A DNA stretch of 52,905 nucleotides, the filler included, from Bipalium vagum (taxonomy: Eukaryota): NCBI GenBank assembly GCA_037834085.1. It is 3 parts of 3 records of this genome, joined end to end, with 100 filler letters (N's around TTAATTAATTAA, not from the genome) between each part and the next. Parts side by side here need not be neighbours in the genome. Positions count along the whole stretch, not along the records: positions 1 to 19,234 come from JBBMKC010006755.1; positions 19,335 to 37,046 come from JBBMKC010054445.1; 1 more part is not named here. One strand, 5' to 3'. Position 1 is the first letter of the stretch. The number at the start of each line of letters is the position of its first letter. Under the pieces are notes generated by a model. It did not search any database, was not told the DNA's origin, and worked only from the letters and a program-made list of their open reading frames with translations. Made by a program: the position numbers and the translations under genes. This document shows, one piece after another, positions 11,831-24,547 of the stretch.

Positions 11831-13664
11831 CATAATTATTGATAACTTAATGTAATTTAAAATGTATAAAATTAGTTATGTTATTATTTCTTAATTTTTG
11901 ATGTAAAATTTATTCTATTCGAAAATATTCATTTAAATTAATTTCTTTTAATAAATATTTTATTTCAACAGTTAGATTGTTAGATTATAAAAATTCATAT
12001 TTTAAAGAAATGATTTAAAATAATTAAATTCCATTCAAATAATACTTTGAAAATAAAACTATATTTATATCAGATTCGCTGATGAATAAGAGATCACATT
12101 TTATGCGTTGTAAAGTAAATTAAAGTAATAAAATAATACATAAAACTTTTCTCGATGACATTGATGATTTCTTTTTCAAGAAATTCCCGTAATTTAATAT
12201 CAACATTTGTAACAAAATGAGAGGAAATATATATAATTAAAAGATAATACAGTCCATATTTTACTTTTTACTTGTTTAAAATTTATTAATATTCCTTTAA
12301 TGTCAAATTATTCAGTGGTACCACATTTATAGGTTTTCAAAAAAACTTTTTTCCGTTTTATTTTTATAGGTTTTCAAAAGACTGTTTTCAGTTTTATTTT
12401 AAGAAACATCTGATATAAATTTTCTATAATTCAAAAGCATTGACAAGTATTTTCATAAGAAGTATTTCAATAAAGTAAATTTCATTATCAAAAAAAACAT
12501 TTTATTGTTTAATTTATTCTGTTGGTGACTTTCATTTACAATTAGTCCTGTTATAATTTATCAATAGCCTTTTCACTATTTATTTGCTAATACAAAAAAA
12601 TGATCGAATTTGAAAATTGGTTTAACTCAAAAAATTGAAAAGTGCATCCGAAATATATCTCTGTTATGTGAGCAAAATAAATATATAGCTCGTATAAAAT
12701 TGGATATAATAATAAATAAATAAAAATATATGAAAAATGTAAAAATATTAAATTTGAAAAACAAAGAAAATATTTTAAAAAAGAAAAATTATTAATATTT
12801 TACATAAAACCAATGAAATTAAATTTAATAATAAATATGGTATTTTTATTAATAGTAAAAATTAATTAATTTCACGTTAATAAAGGATTTAATTTTTTAA
12901 ATAACAATCGTATTTATTTGAAATAATCAAACTTTTCATAAAAGGTTGATTTTAATTGCTATTGTAAAAGGGAACAATTAAAAAAGATTATTGAGATAAA
13001 ATTGATAAAAGTATATAATTGAATTAAAATTATATTTCCGAATTGTTATTCATATGTTAATTATCTTGATAGAAATAAAATACTTTATTGAGTAAATATT
13101 CAATCGATATTTTAATATATTCAATATAATGTATAAACATTTTAATTGGATTTTGAATATTTATTTATTTTATAGATATTATAAATTTTATAATACTAAT
13201 TTTTTGCCAAAATCGTTTTATCTGTCTGTAGTTAAAGATTTAAACGTCTCTAATAAATGTTACCAATTTTTATGTTATCTACATTATTAAAAATCTATTT
13301 ATATTAAAAAATGAATTTTTTTATCAAAAATAAGATAGAAATCAATAAAATATGCCTTGTTTTATAAATCAAAGAGAAAAGAATTGAAAGTTCAACTAAA
13401 ATTGAAGATTTGTTTAATCCATAAAATTTATAACATTTCATTTACATATTGCATTTCTAAAATGATTTGTTTAATGGAAAGTATATTTCTTTAATGGTTA
13501 GGTCTCTTGAAAATGTCATTATTAATAGGAAAATCATTGAAATAATAAAATAAATCATTGAAATAATAAAAATCTATGTTTTAGAGAATAAGAAAAAATA
13601 ATTATTAAGAGTAATATCATATTTATCAGATGTTACAAAATTAACAGGATTTATTAACTTTATA

Positions 13665-14330
13665 CAGGGTGGCTCAAAAGTAACTAAATAATTTTAAATA
13701 ATAGTAAAAAGTAAATATTCTAGACAATTATTTATTTTGAATATTATACATAACCAATAATTCACGGAGATTGTTTTAACTAGATTTTGAAAATTATGTC
13801 CTTCAAATAACCACCACTTTCTGCCTCACAAAATTTGGCTCTTTTTATAGAGTTTTCCATGACACCTGCTAAAACTTCCGGGTTTATTGCTTTAATTTCG
13901 TCACGAATATTGTTCTTTAATTGTTGAATGGACTTTGGCTTATTAATATAAACTTTATCCTTCAGATATGCCCAAAGAGAATAATCTGGTGCTGATAAAT
14001 CTGGTGAACGAGAAGGCCAGTTTAACGTCGAATTTCTGGAAATTATCCGATTACAGAAAATATCACGTAAAAGTTCTATGGTACGTTTCGCCATTTGTGC
14101 GGTGACTCCATCTTGTTGAAACCACATCAGTTCTTTGTCAGCAACAGCAGTAAGCAAATATGTTTTTATCATATCACGATATCGCTCAGCATTTATGGTT
14201 ACAGCATTCCCATTAACATCCTCAAAGAAATATGGTCCTATGATCTTTTCATTTGAAACACCAGACCAAACTGTGCATTTCATCGAATTCATTTCTCTGA
14301 TGAACAGTCCTTGGATTTTCAGATCCCCAT
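13665..14330 (-). mobile_element. rosa/DD41D transposon, 3' half
   Basis: TA|CAGGGTGGCTCAAAAGT end. ORF 13780-14292 has IIGPYFFE, WFQQDG and WPSRSPDLSAPDY, with exactly 41 residues between the two Asp. Confidence 0.88.
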
Positions 14331-14344
14331 ATTCTATTCTATTC

Positions 14345-14848
14345 CATTCAGATGAAAGTGGGATTCGTCACTCATTATCAAATTCTGCAAGAAGTTTTCA
14401 TTTTCAAACGCAAGACCAAATATCAATATTATTGGGAGTTGATCGTTCTATTGTGACCAAACATTTACAAGCAATGGGAATGATTCAGAAACTAAGAAGA
14501 CGGCTGACATAGGAATTGAACCTGAGAGACATAGAACTTCATTTGTGTATCTGTAAACAATTGTTTCAACGTCAAAGACGAAAATCTTTTTTGCATCGCA
14601 CTGTAACGAGTGATGAAAAATGGATATACTACAGTAAGCTTAAGCGAAAAAGATAATAGGAAGAGCCCGTCCATACTTCTACATTGACGCCCAAGCGAAA
14701 CATTCATCGTCCATTTGATTGGATCAGTTAGGTATACTATTTTATGAGTTATTGCAACCAAACGAAACAATCAAAGGAGATCACTATCAACTCCGATTGA
14801 TGCATTTAAGCCAAGCAAATAAGGATAAACGACCATATTATGCCATAT
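14345..14848 (+). mobile_element. mariner (Mos1-like) internal fragment
   Basis: QTQDQISILLGVDRSIVTKHLQAMGMIQK...RQRRKSFLHRTVTSDEKWIYY...YELLQPNETI; no TIRs. Confidence 0.8.
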
Positions 14849-16388
14849 TGTGCCGTAATCGGTGTTATTGTAGAAAGACAAACGGAAAGGAAAGAGTTGG
14901 AACTTGTTGATCACACGCGATGAGTCCTCATGAGAAGGGATATTGCATCACGAGGAAAGAATTACTCGCAATTTACTTCTTCTGTAATGACTTAAATAAT
15001 TATTTATATGGGAAAAAATTCACACTGAGAACAGACCACAAGGCTATAACGTTGAAGCTGACAACAAAAAATCACAGCACAGTTACAGACCTGGATAAAT
15101 TACTTGAGTAGTTTTGTCATAAATTTAGAATATCAGAAAGACACAGAATATTCTAACGCTGACATGTTGAGAAGATCCTGTGAAACCTATGTACAATGTC
15201 ATATGTCACACAGAGATGTTAAAGTGGGGAAGATGAAAACGAAAATTTTAGATATGTTGAATGAAGACAGTAGAGAACATTGGCAAATGAATAGCCCCCA
15301 GATTCGGAAAATCAAAGAAAACATTACCCTCGGCAGGCAGAACGACTTCATACTATCTGACAATATTATATTTACCAAGAACAATAAAATATGGATACCG
15401 CAGAAGAAGAAACAAGAGTTTATCTGACATCATCACAAGATGTTATCGCATGCGGAGTCAGAGAAAGTAAAAAAATATATTTTCCAAAATTTTGACATGA
15501 AAAGATTGAGTAGTACTGTTGCGGAAAATATAAGACAGTGCGAGATGTGTCAAAGAGTCAAGACGGTTGCAACATCCATGAAGGAAAAACCCAGTGAAAA
15601 ACTCATCGGTAGACCCATTCGAAAAAGTAAACGTTGATATTTTTGGATCATTATAAGAAACATTTCAGAAAATAAGATATATCCTAGTAATCATAGATCA
15701 TTTTAGTAAGTCCATTGTGCTTTTGCCCGTTGTAAGACAAGACGATAATACAGTCGTCAAGATGTTCCAAAATAACTGGATCCTAAAGTTTGGTGCTCCG
15801 AAAGAGATAAATACTGATTGTGGGAAATTTTTTGATTCCCAAGAATTTAAGAAGCTGGCAGTAGACATAGGAGCAGACTTGATCTTCTCTAGTCCGTACC
15901 ACCATAATACAAATGGAGTCGTTGAACGACAATTTCATACTATTAGAGAGTATATAAACGCAACTTTAAAAGTTAGAAAGAAAACCGATTGGGCAGAAAT
16001 TTTACCAGAAATCGAGTATACTTAAAACGCATCTGTACAGAAGGCAACACGTATGAGTCCGGCGGAGTTAGTTTTGGGCCGGAAAATAAAAAGAAAAAGA
16101 TGGTTCAGTAGGAATCAAATAACTAGAGAGGAGGCCATTGAGAAAATCAGACAAGAATCACGAGAGTTGGGAAATCAAGAAACTAGAAGGAAGTTTACAG
16201 TCGGAGACGTAGTCATGATTAGAAAAGAAGTTAGAACCAAAGATAAAAATCGATACGAGGAGTCATACGAAATCAAAAAGAAAATCCATGACAGATGTTA
16301 CGAAATGACAGATACGAATGGGAAGAAAGTGGTGAAAACCATTGAAAAGATCAAGAAATTCTTTAAAAAAGGGGGATTTGAGGATTAA
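14849..16388 (+). mobile_element. Ty3/Gypsy pol remnant (RNase H and integrase) ending at the PPT/3' LTR
   Basis: EKGYCITRKELLAI...YLYGKKFTLRTDHKA (RNase H), H..H...CEMC zinc finger, FGAPKEINTDCG and SPYHHNTNGVVER (integrase). Polypurine tract AAAAAAGGGGGA at 16365-16376, then TG at ~16379. Confidence 0.9.
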
Positions 16389-17160
16389 AAAGTTTAAATA
16401 ATTTTAATTTGTTTAAATAATTTATTATTTAAACTAATTAATTTTTTTTAATTAAAATATATAATTTGTAAATGAGTCTTGATAACTTGCTATTGATATT
16501 AATGTAACTAACAATCACAACTTACTTATAACTAATATATTAAAAAACATGAAATGAAGTCATGTAATAAAGGTTTTCTTTATATATTATTTCCAGAAAT
16601 TTCGTTTCCTTCACTCCATAAGCTATAATTTACATATTTTAATTTTTAAGAAATCAAATTATTTTTAATATTTGTTAAGTAAAAATTTTTTTTATTTTCT
16701 TAATTTGACTTTATATTTATTATAATTAACTGCTATTAATATTATATAAATATTCTTTTCAAGATTATTTTATATTTCGTACTTTAAATACAACCAAATT
16801 ACAGCAATTATATATTTTTTCAATCTAACTTTAATGCAAATAAAACTAATGTTACATTAAGATTTTTCTATCAAACGTTTAAATTTAGTTAAAAAATGAT
16901 GAATTCTTCAAATACTGAAATAATCTTATCTTACACTTAATCAAAATGTGAATATAAGTGTAGAATGAATTCTGAAACAGATGAAATTAAGGGGGAAATC
17001 AAAAGTCTGAGCATTTTTATTGATCGATCAACAATATAAAGTAAAACAGTATATTGTTGATACTCAAAAATAAGGCAAACTACAAAATAAATGAAAACTA
17101 TTGGCTGTTCTTCATTTTTAAAAAAATAAAAAATTCATTCATTGGTTCAACAATTCTTTT

Positions 17161-17371
17161 CTACTCCTTTTTTACAACTTTCATTGGATCAATTTTTAAT
17201 TTTTCAGCTAGCTTGTTCTAAATAAAAGTATAAAAATGTTTCGGGAATTTTTTCGCGTACCATACTGTCAATGAGGACCTCAGGATACGGAATTCCTCCC
17301 AGATCATCACATTTCTTTTTATGATCGCGCTCCTTATCTCCCGGGATTAATACAGAAAGTCTTTCATCAGA
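17161..17371 (-). CDS. Ldh_2-family (type 2 malate/L-lactate/sulfolactate dehydrogenase-like) oxidoreductase, last two exons (5'-partial)
   Basis: Exons 17371-17261 and 17217-17161, 43-bp GT-AG intron: SDERLSVLIPGDKERDHKKKCDDLGGIPYPEVLIDSM|NKLAEKLKIDPMKVVKKE*. VxxPGDxER...GGIxY is the Ldh_2 C-terminal motif. Recognised from memory, not by search. Confidence 0.78.
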
Positions 17372-17574
17372 CTGAAAAGGTAAAACATATTCAAATAAAA
17401 ACGAAACTATACAATACTGTGTAAAAAATATCCCAATAAAAATTATTGATTTATTTTGGCTACTTTTTTTAATAAAATATTCTCAATTGGTTTTCACAAA
17501 GTCCTCTACATTAATTATATTGCACTTAAAATAAGTTAAGTAGATCTAATTTGAAATATCAATAAAATTATTAA

Positions 17575-18610
17575 AGTACGGTATTTGAAAACATGCCACA
17601 CTAGATTACATCCTTGGATTAATTGATAAGAAAAAGGGACACCTATGTGTTTGTTTTGTATTGATATCATGTTTTGTTTCGAAATTTTGTTCTTAATCAA
17701 TGAAGGTTACATAAAACATATGAACAATGATTGTATTACAATTAATGTCTAAAACTTTAGTTTACCACTGGTATAAACCTGTTGACCAAAAACAGTCAAC
17801 AATGTCACAAAATTGGCTCGTTCTGTATGGCATTTCACATCATTGACGGAAGAAAATGTACATTTGACAAGGAATATTGTTTTGGAAAATCGCCACTTGA
17901 GTGTTGCATGAGCTTGCCCATAAATAGTGTTTTCTCGAGTTTTCATTTTTTCAAGGATCCTCTAAGCATGAGGAAGCCTGCCGCTTAACTTTATCCAAAG
18001 TGGCTCATGTTTTTACAAAAAACTCATATGTAAGTTGTTGAAGACATTTTTATGTGACTGTCTAGCGATCCCATCTTCATGAAACTAATTATAACTTCTG
18101 TTGAGACATGTGTATACTTCACATCAATCATCGAAATGAACCGACAACAAAAAATACACACTGAATTAATGTTGTTTTGAATATTGTGTTGTTTTGCTTT
18201 CTGAATTCATCCCAGAGTCAGTTAACAAGAATTATTACCTGGAAGTTATGAAAATATGTACGAATTTTTATGTGAAAGTATTCGTCTTAGGCTGAAAGAT
18301 GTATGAAAAAGAAATGCAAAATGATATGCACCATAACACAAAGAGATAGTTATGCGTCAAATTTTAGTCAAATAAAAAAATACCAGTCAACAAGCTCCAT
18401 ACAGTACTAATATTGTTCCATGCGACTTCCTTCTCTATTCAAAAATGAAATTACCACTGAGAGGAAAAAGCTTACAATCGATTGACGATGTGATGAGAAA
18501 TTCGCTTCAGGATCTCAAAGCGATCCTTGAATATATTTTAAATGTGGTACGGATTCATAAAGACCTCAAATTATACGGCCATTTAGTTTTCAATTTTTTG
18601 TACAAAATTA
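17575..18610 (+). mobile_element. Highly degenerate mariner remnant
   Basis: Patchy translations ENVHLTRNIVLENRHL, DPIFMKLIITSVETCVY and PCDFLLYSKMKLPLRGK. Confidence 0.6.
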
Positions 18611-19234
18611 TTCAGATTCCAGTACCAACCTCTCCATTTTGTTTATAATCACTAAAAGATGAATAGAATTCAAGATATATTGGAAAAACACTATTATTAT
18701 CAATTAAATTTGACGTTGAAAAGGCCAAACGCTTAAATGATTGTATAAATGTAATATAAAACCAACTGACGCTGTTCAAATAAAATATACTAGGATCACT
18801 TGAAAACAAAATATAGTAGTCTGTCGATGACTAGAATTATGATGATGATTTCATTTTAATTTATGAGATTTATAATGAGGTAGCTTATCACTGTTATAAG
18901 TTTACTTTGAACTTTGTAACTTATGATGATTCAATAATTTCATTTAACATTTTTAAATTTTCGTGAAAATAATAGTTTTTCATTCTAATGAGACCCAATT
19001 TTAAGGTTAATAAAACTGATCAAAAAAATAAAAGACAGTTTAAAGAATGATCGGTGCTAATCAAATTAATAAATTAAAGTATTATTTAATTAAAGTCTTA
19101 AGAATTTTCTTATTAATCAATACAAATCTTAATTAAGTGAAACTGGTTTTTCTTTATTTAGACAATTCAATTTCAAAGAAAAAAAATCAAAAATCAATAT
19201 TTCTGACTTTCATTAATCTTTAACAATAAATTTA

Positions 19235-19334
19235 NNNNNNNNNNNNNNNNNNNNNNNNNNNNNNNNNNNNNNNNNNNNTTAATTAATTAANNNNNNNNNN
19301 NNNNNNNNNNNNNNNNNNNNNNNNNNNNNNNNNN
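19235..19334. other. Assembly join spacer (44N-TTAATTAATTAA-44N)
   Basis: Exactly 100 bp; the central 12-mer puts stops in all six frames; identical structure at 37047. Confidence 0.97.
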
Positions 19335-21125
19335 TAATTGGATATTCAACTGTACCAGGTTCAGTTCGATATTTTCAAATTTAACTTTAGTGATAATTAT
19401 ATATAATATTTCATTTAGACATGATAATATTTTTTCATATAAATTCTATAATTGTTTTATATTAATATTTAATTTTCCGTTACTATTACTATTATTTAAA
19501 TTTATAAATAATTAATTTATAAAGATAATTTTAAATAAGTCTTACTTTTTTATTTCATTTATTTTGATATTCATACATTGAATTTCTGTTCTCTGTGATG
19601 AATATTAAATCTGTGGCTATCAACTGAATTTGTTTTAATTAGCAACTTAACTCAAAATTTCATTGATAAGTTTGAGTAATAAATAGACTGGAGGTGTTTA
19701 ATTATATTAATATTTAATTTCTCTTTACTTTTTGCGTAATTCACAAATTAATTATTCGTTTGAAGACATTAAAAGTTTTGTTATCTCGTATTTCAGAAAT
19801 ATTATTTCTGTATGCCAAAAACATTTCATTCACTTTTAAGTTTTCTTGACTTATCCTTCCACAAAAAAATGAACTCCATTTTTAACATTAAAGTTTTAGA
19901 ATTTAAGAAAATATTTCAGAATGTTATTCTATAGAAATAAGTTTTAAATATGAAAATGAATGAGAATAGAAAATTCGATAAAATAGGCTAATATTTCACT
20001 CTCAAACCTTAACTAATATTTTCTATATTAAAGATAACCACAGGAATATGTCAAATTAAAATTAAAACTTTTTTGTAGCAAAAATTAAATTGAAACATAT
20101 TGTAAAATTTCTGGATAGCGCTTAGACAATCCAAAGATTAAAATAACGTTTACTCTTGTTATAGAAACATCTATATATATTCTGGTATTCAGCTCTGAGT
20201 TCAACATTGCAATAGACTTGTAGCATTTCAAGAGCCTTAATAACTTCTTGTCGAGGTGAATTTCTTGGAGTTTGAAGTTCAATATTCCCCTCCACATTTT
20301 CTTGAGTTTTTTCTCATTTCGAACAAGATTAAAGATATCTTCAGTCCTAAGTTGTACGTAACAATAAAGGTTTTATCACAATCGATCCATTCCATAAAAT
20401 TCTTGGAGTTTATCACGGTTGCATATAAGGTTGTGTCAACTGCTTCTCTGTTGAGAATATTATATTGAAACCTGCTTTACAGAAACAGTTTTCTATTGTT
20501 TCTGGTTTTACGTTTGACCACACAGTAATAGTAATCTCTTACATCAGAGGTTTAATTGTAATTTTTGATATTTTATTACCTATTTAATAATGGTCTCCAT
20601 TACATCCGGGTCTGTTATATCCGGGTTTTTTAATTAGTAAGGTAGATGTACGAAAAGATGAATTTTATTACTATTATTTAAGTCTATTACATCCGGGTTC
20701 TACTGTATATATATAATAAATATATAATTATTATAACTTATATTAACAACGTAAGGATGACAGATATTAATAAAAAATTTTAAGTGTCCTATTCCTGTGA
20801 ATAGAGTGGTCAAGTTATTATATTATTTAAAAACGGACAATATATCTATAATCAAATGATCGCACGAATTTAATAAAAAATTTGTTCAGGATATTTTTCT
20901 TGGCGTAACAATTTTGTTGGCAGCTGGTATATTCAAGCTCTGTGTCATGAAATAAAGAATAATTACAAAACGAGTGACATAATCGACATATTGGTCAGAG
21001 TCAACAATAACGTAGCGAAAAAGACTTCAGATACTGGAATAGAAAAAAGCCATGGAAAACTGCAAATCCCATCTTTTAGTTGCATGCTTCGGAAGCAGTT
21101 GTGGTTTGTATTGGATCATCAATAA
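19335..21125 (+). CDS. Effector caspase (caspase-3/7-like), small-subunit exons (5'-partial)
   Basis: Exon remnant 19335-19358 (IGYSTVPG|gt) spliced to 20890-21125: GYFSWRNNFVGSWYIQALC...DILVRVNNNVA...KLQIPSFSCMLRKQLWF...*. These are the caspase p10 motifs. The catalytic QACRG exon is not in the window. Confidence 0.92.
20040..20705 (-). mobile_element. pogo/Tigger deletion derivative in caspase intron
   Basis: End TA|CAGTAGAACCCGGATGTAAT with repeated ATCCGGG subterminal motifs; VWSNVKPETIENCFCKAGF is typical of the Tigger C-terminal region. Confidence 0.7.
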
Positions 21126-22739
21126 TCACGAAGATTTTTGCAATTTTTAACAAACCTGAATTCCAAGAACAATAGAACCAGATGAATATTTTTCTTTGCT
21201 GCTAAAGCATGAAAACATTTTAAAATAAAAAAAGATTTTATTTATATTATTTAATATTAGTAATATTCTATATTTGTGTATAACATACATTGGTCAATCT
21301 TTGTGACGTTTTAGTTACAAATTTCTCATTTAAAATTTTTAGTGTAATCATTTTTAATTTTAAAATCATATATTATTTTCATTATTCATTATATCATGAG
21401 AAAATGTAAAATAATTTAAATAAATAAGAAAATATAATATCTAAAATTGAATTATTTTATGTGCTCTAGCTATTTTTTTAGTATTATAAAATTTTTTTGA
21501 TGGTAATTAATAAATGTTCAGCAATGTAAAAGTAGAAAATAAATAAAGACTTAACTGCAGAACACGAATAAGAGTGGCTTTATTAATTTTAGGTCCAAAA
21601 AGAATGTATTGTAATGAAACGTATTTGAGAGATATAAGTCACAGTGATAGCTGAATTGATGCCAATTGTAGTGAACTATTAGTCTTCAGATGAATGACAT
21701 ACATGATAAATAATCAGAGCACCAATAAAGAGTATTGTCATTAAGACCACCAGGGAACTTTCAAAAGCATCATATCCACATATGTTCACTGTCTTTCGTC
21801 AGATTAATTGATATTGTCATTCCTTAGTTTTGTGGAAGAGTTAATCCATTCTCCGTGTCATGACAGCGAACATCGATAATATCGACTTTAACAACGTCTA
21901 ACCGATGAATAATGTCAAGATCAACGATATGTTGAAGATGGTTGAGGAGAATTGGCATTTTACCTTTTTAAAATAAAAAAAATTTTAAAAAATAAAAAAA
22001 ATAATTAGTTTCTATTGATTGCCGTTTTTCATATAATAAATTTTTAAAATAATAATATTTCGATGGTCTTTGAAATTCATGGCTTTTTTAATCCATAAAA
22101 ATAAATAGGTCTGAACTAAATTTTATCCATATTTGAAATTTTTACTAAATGAGGATGTAGTACTTTTAAAAATGTTATAGTTTTATTGAAATACAATTAT
22201 TTGATGTGCTATTAGTCTAAAACGTGAAATAATGCCTCCTTATTTCATAAAGAAAATATATTTTTTGAAATTTTAATAATAAACCCTTATCATCTTTAAG
22301 TAATTATTTTTTATATTCAAGTTATTATAAAATATTATACTATTAACCATAAATACATTCTAACTCTTTTGAAAAATCTGATTCAGAGTTAATAGTTAAG
22401 CATTGAATTAGATCAGTTAAGGAAAGAAAAGTTACCCATATATTTGAATCATTTATAATAAAAAGATCTGGATAATTATCTAAGAAGCTAAGCTTTGATT
22501 AGCTAGATTCTAAAAATCTTAACATTTTTAAAGCCATTTTTTCCATTACCTCTTGAACTCGTTTTTGTATGTATTATAATTTATAAGAAATGGTTTTTAA
22601 ATTGTAAATGAAAGATTACCCACCAAGTATTAGCAACTAGCAAGAAACTAGTTAAACCATGGGAAATAGTTCAATATAAAACTTTTCTATATGGTAGAAA
22701 GTTCTTGACTAAAAACAAAAAAATGATTTATTTCAAATC

Positions 22740-23200
22740 AAAGATATTGTTGTCATTGACATGAGAGTATTAGATGTTTGTCTCGGCTCTGGATACGAAT
22801 TTTTCCAGATATTATGGGTTTTGATGATCGTTCTGACCCCACATTTTTTTCATAATTGTATTGATTTCAGCTATTTAATAATCCTAATAGTATAGAGTAT
22901 TTGATAGCTTGATTGGATCCACAACACTCTTGTTACGATTATAAATGTTATGATAATACCATGTTCTTTCGAATTCAGATTCGGTTGTGTGCAGTAAAAT
23001 ATGATATTTTGCTTATTTGCTTCGTCAATACCTCTGATAGAGATCTCTGATTCAAAAGGAACTTTGACATCAAGAATTTGGTATATTTTAAGCCTCTTGT
23101 TGACCAATATCAGTAATTAAGTGTTTATTTAACTATATGAGAGAATATGTTGAAGTACTTGTTTCCAATAAAAAATTTCCAAAGCATTATTATTGTAAAT
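22740..23200 (-). mobile_element. RLE-type non-LTR retrotransposon (R2/NeSL-like) 3' remnant
   Basis: VLQHIL (zinc-knuckle part) followed by LVNKRLKIYQILDVKVPFE...NKQ, resembling the restriction-like endonuclease domain. Confidence 0.5.
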
Positions 23201-23259
23201 GTAGAAAAACAGATTTTTTCAAAAACATCAATTTTTAAGGCATTTTGAATACAAGACTA

Positions 23260-23900
23260 AAACATTATTAACACATCTTTTATTTACATTTGAAATGACC
23301 AAGCAAATTGTAAAAAACATTCAATCTCATGAACAATTAAAATACTCGAAATTAGTACGTTGTATTCATACATTTATTTTAAATTAGCTATTCAATCCTT
23401 TGTGATATTCTTTCATAGATATTTTTAATCTTAGATGTTGGAATCATTGCACACTGCTCCTCCGAAATCTTCAACAGTGCCTCAATATTTGCCGACCTAC
23501 ACAAGTCAACTCTGACTTAAGAATCAACCAATAACGGCTCAATTATATTCAAATCTGGTAATTGAGACGGAAAACCACTAAGAACGCATAACTTGAGCTT
23601 TTTGAAAAAGAAGTCACCAAACTTGACTTATGACATGGAGCTCTGCAATTTTAAAATATATATTGGCAGCAACCCTTTCTTCAATACATCTTGATAGGCA
23701 TCAGAATTCATCAGATCCGGACATCGTATGAGAACTCTGGTGCCTTCTTCTCAGATTGCACCCCAAACCATCAAACTATTTCTTCCATTTTTAACAGTTT
23801 TCTTAGTATATATTGTATTATAACTGGATCCTTGAGGTCTGTGGAAGTATTCTCTTCTTCTAAAGAATTGTTCTATCTAAAGGGTAGACTGTATTTAAAA
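23260..23900 (-). mobile_element. Tc1-like remnant
   Basis: Minus-strand FPSQLPDLNIIEPL (Tc1 SPDLNxIE motif) at ~23530-23575; boundaries approximate. Confidence 0.5.
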
Positions 23901-24547
23901 ACAAAAATTTACAAAATAACTGATTATTATAACAAATGTATTTTAATAATTATAAAACATTTATTTGTAATAATTTTTTAATGAAATTTAAAGTTAACAT
24001 CAGCACATATCTAAATTAAATTAGCTCAAACTATAAAACTTCTAATTTAAACTATAATCTACTATTATGTCCATTTTTACATGGTGGCCAAAAACATATG
24101 GACGACATTGCATTTAAAATATTTTATATTCCATAAAAGTTCTTTAAACTTGATTTGTTTGAGTCTGAAAATATTTTTTGACCAATCTAATATTTTTTTT
24201 ATTAATTAAGAACTTTTTTAGTGTTATATCTAATACAATTGTCCTCTCTGAAATTTTTACAAATACTTTTGGTTTATATTTTAATTAAAATTTATTTATC
24301 TTAGAAAACCTATACACATATCTTCAATTACACAGTTTTAATGACAATACAATCAATTATATTTTTTATTTTATCTACTTTAAAGTGTAAAAATTGAATG
24401 TTTCAATGTAAAAATTTATGATACTTAAAATATATTAAAATTTTTAATTAAATGCACCTTCAAATGTAACTGTTTTATGCAATTGTAATGTGCGATGTTT
24501 TGAAATTAATTTTTAGTTATTAATTTATTTATTGATCTTATTTTTTT

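Noticed and set aside
17161-17371. Bacterial contamination or recent horizontal transfer for the Ldh_2 gene
   Set aside because: It has a host-sized GT-AG intron, and the family is widespread in invertebrates.
19279-19290. TTAATTAATTAA palindrome as a biological element
   Set aside because: It is centred in an exact 100-bp N spacer and repeated at 37091, so it is an assembly linker.
1663-21125. Innexin plus effector caspase as a linked, pannexin-1-like caspase-gated channel system
   Set aside because: The genes are separated by an artificial linker, and I see no DxxD site in the innexin tail.
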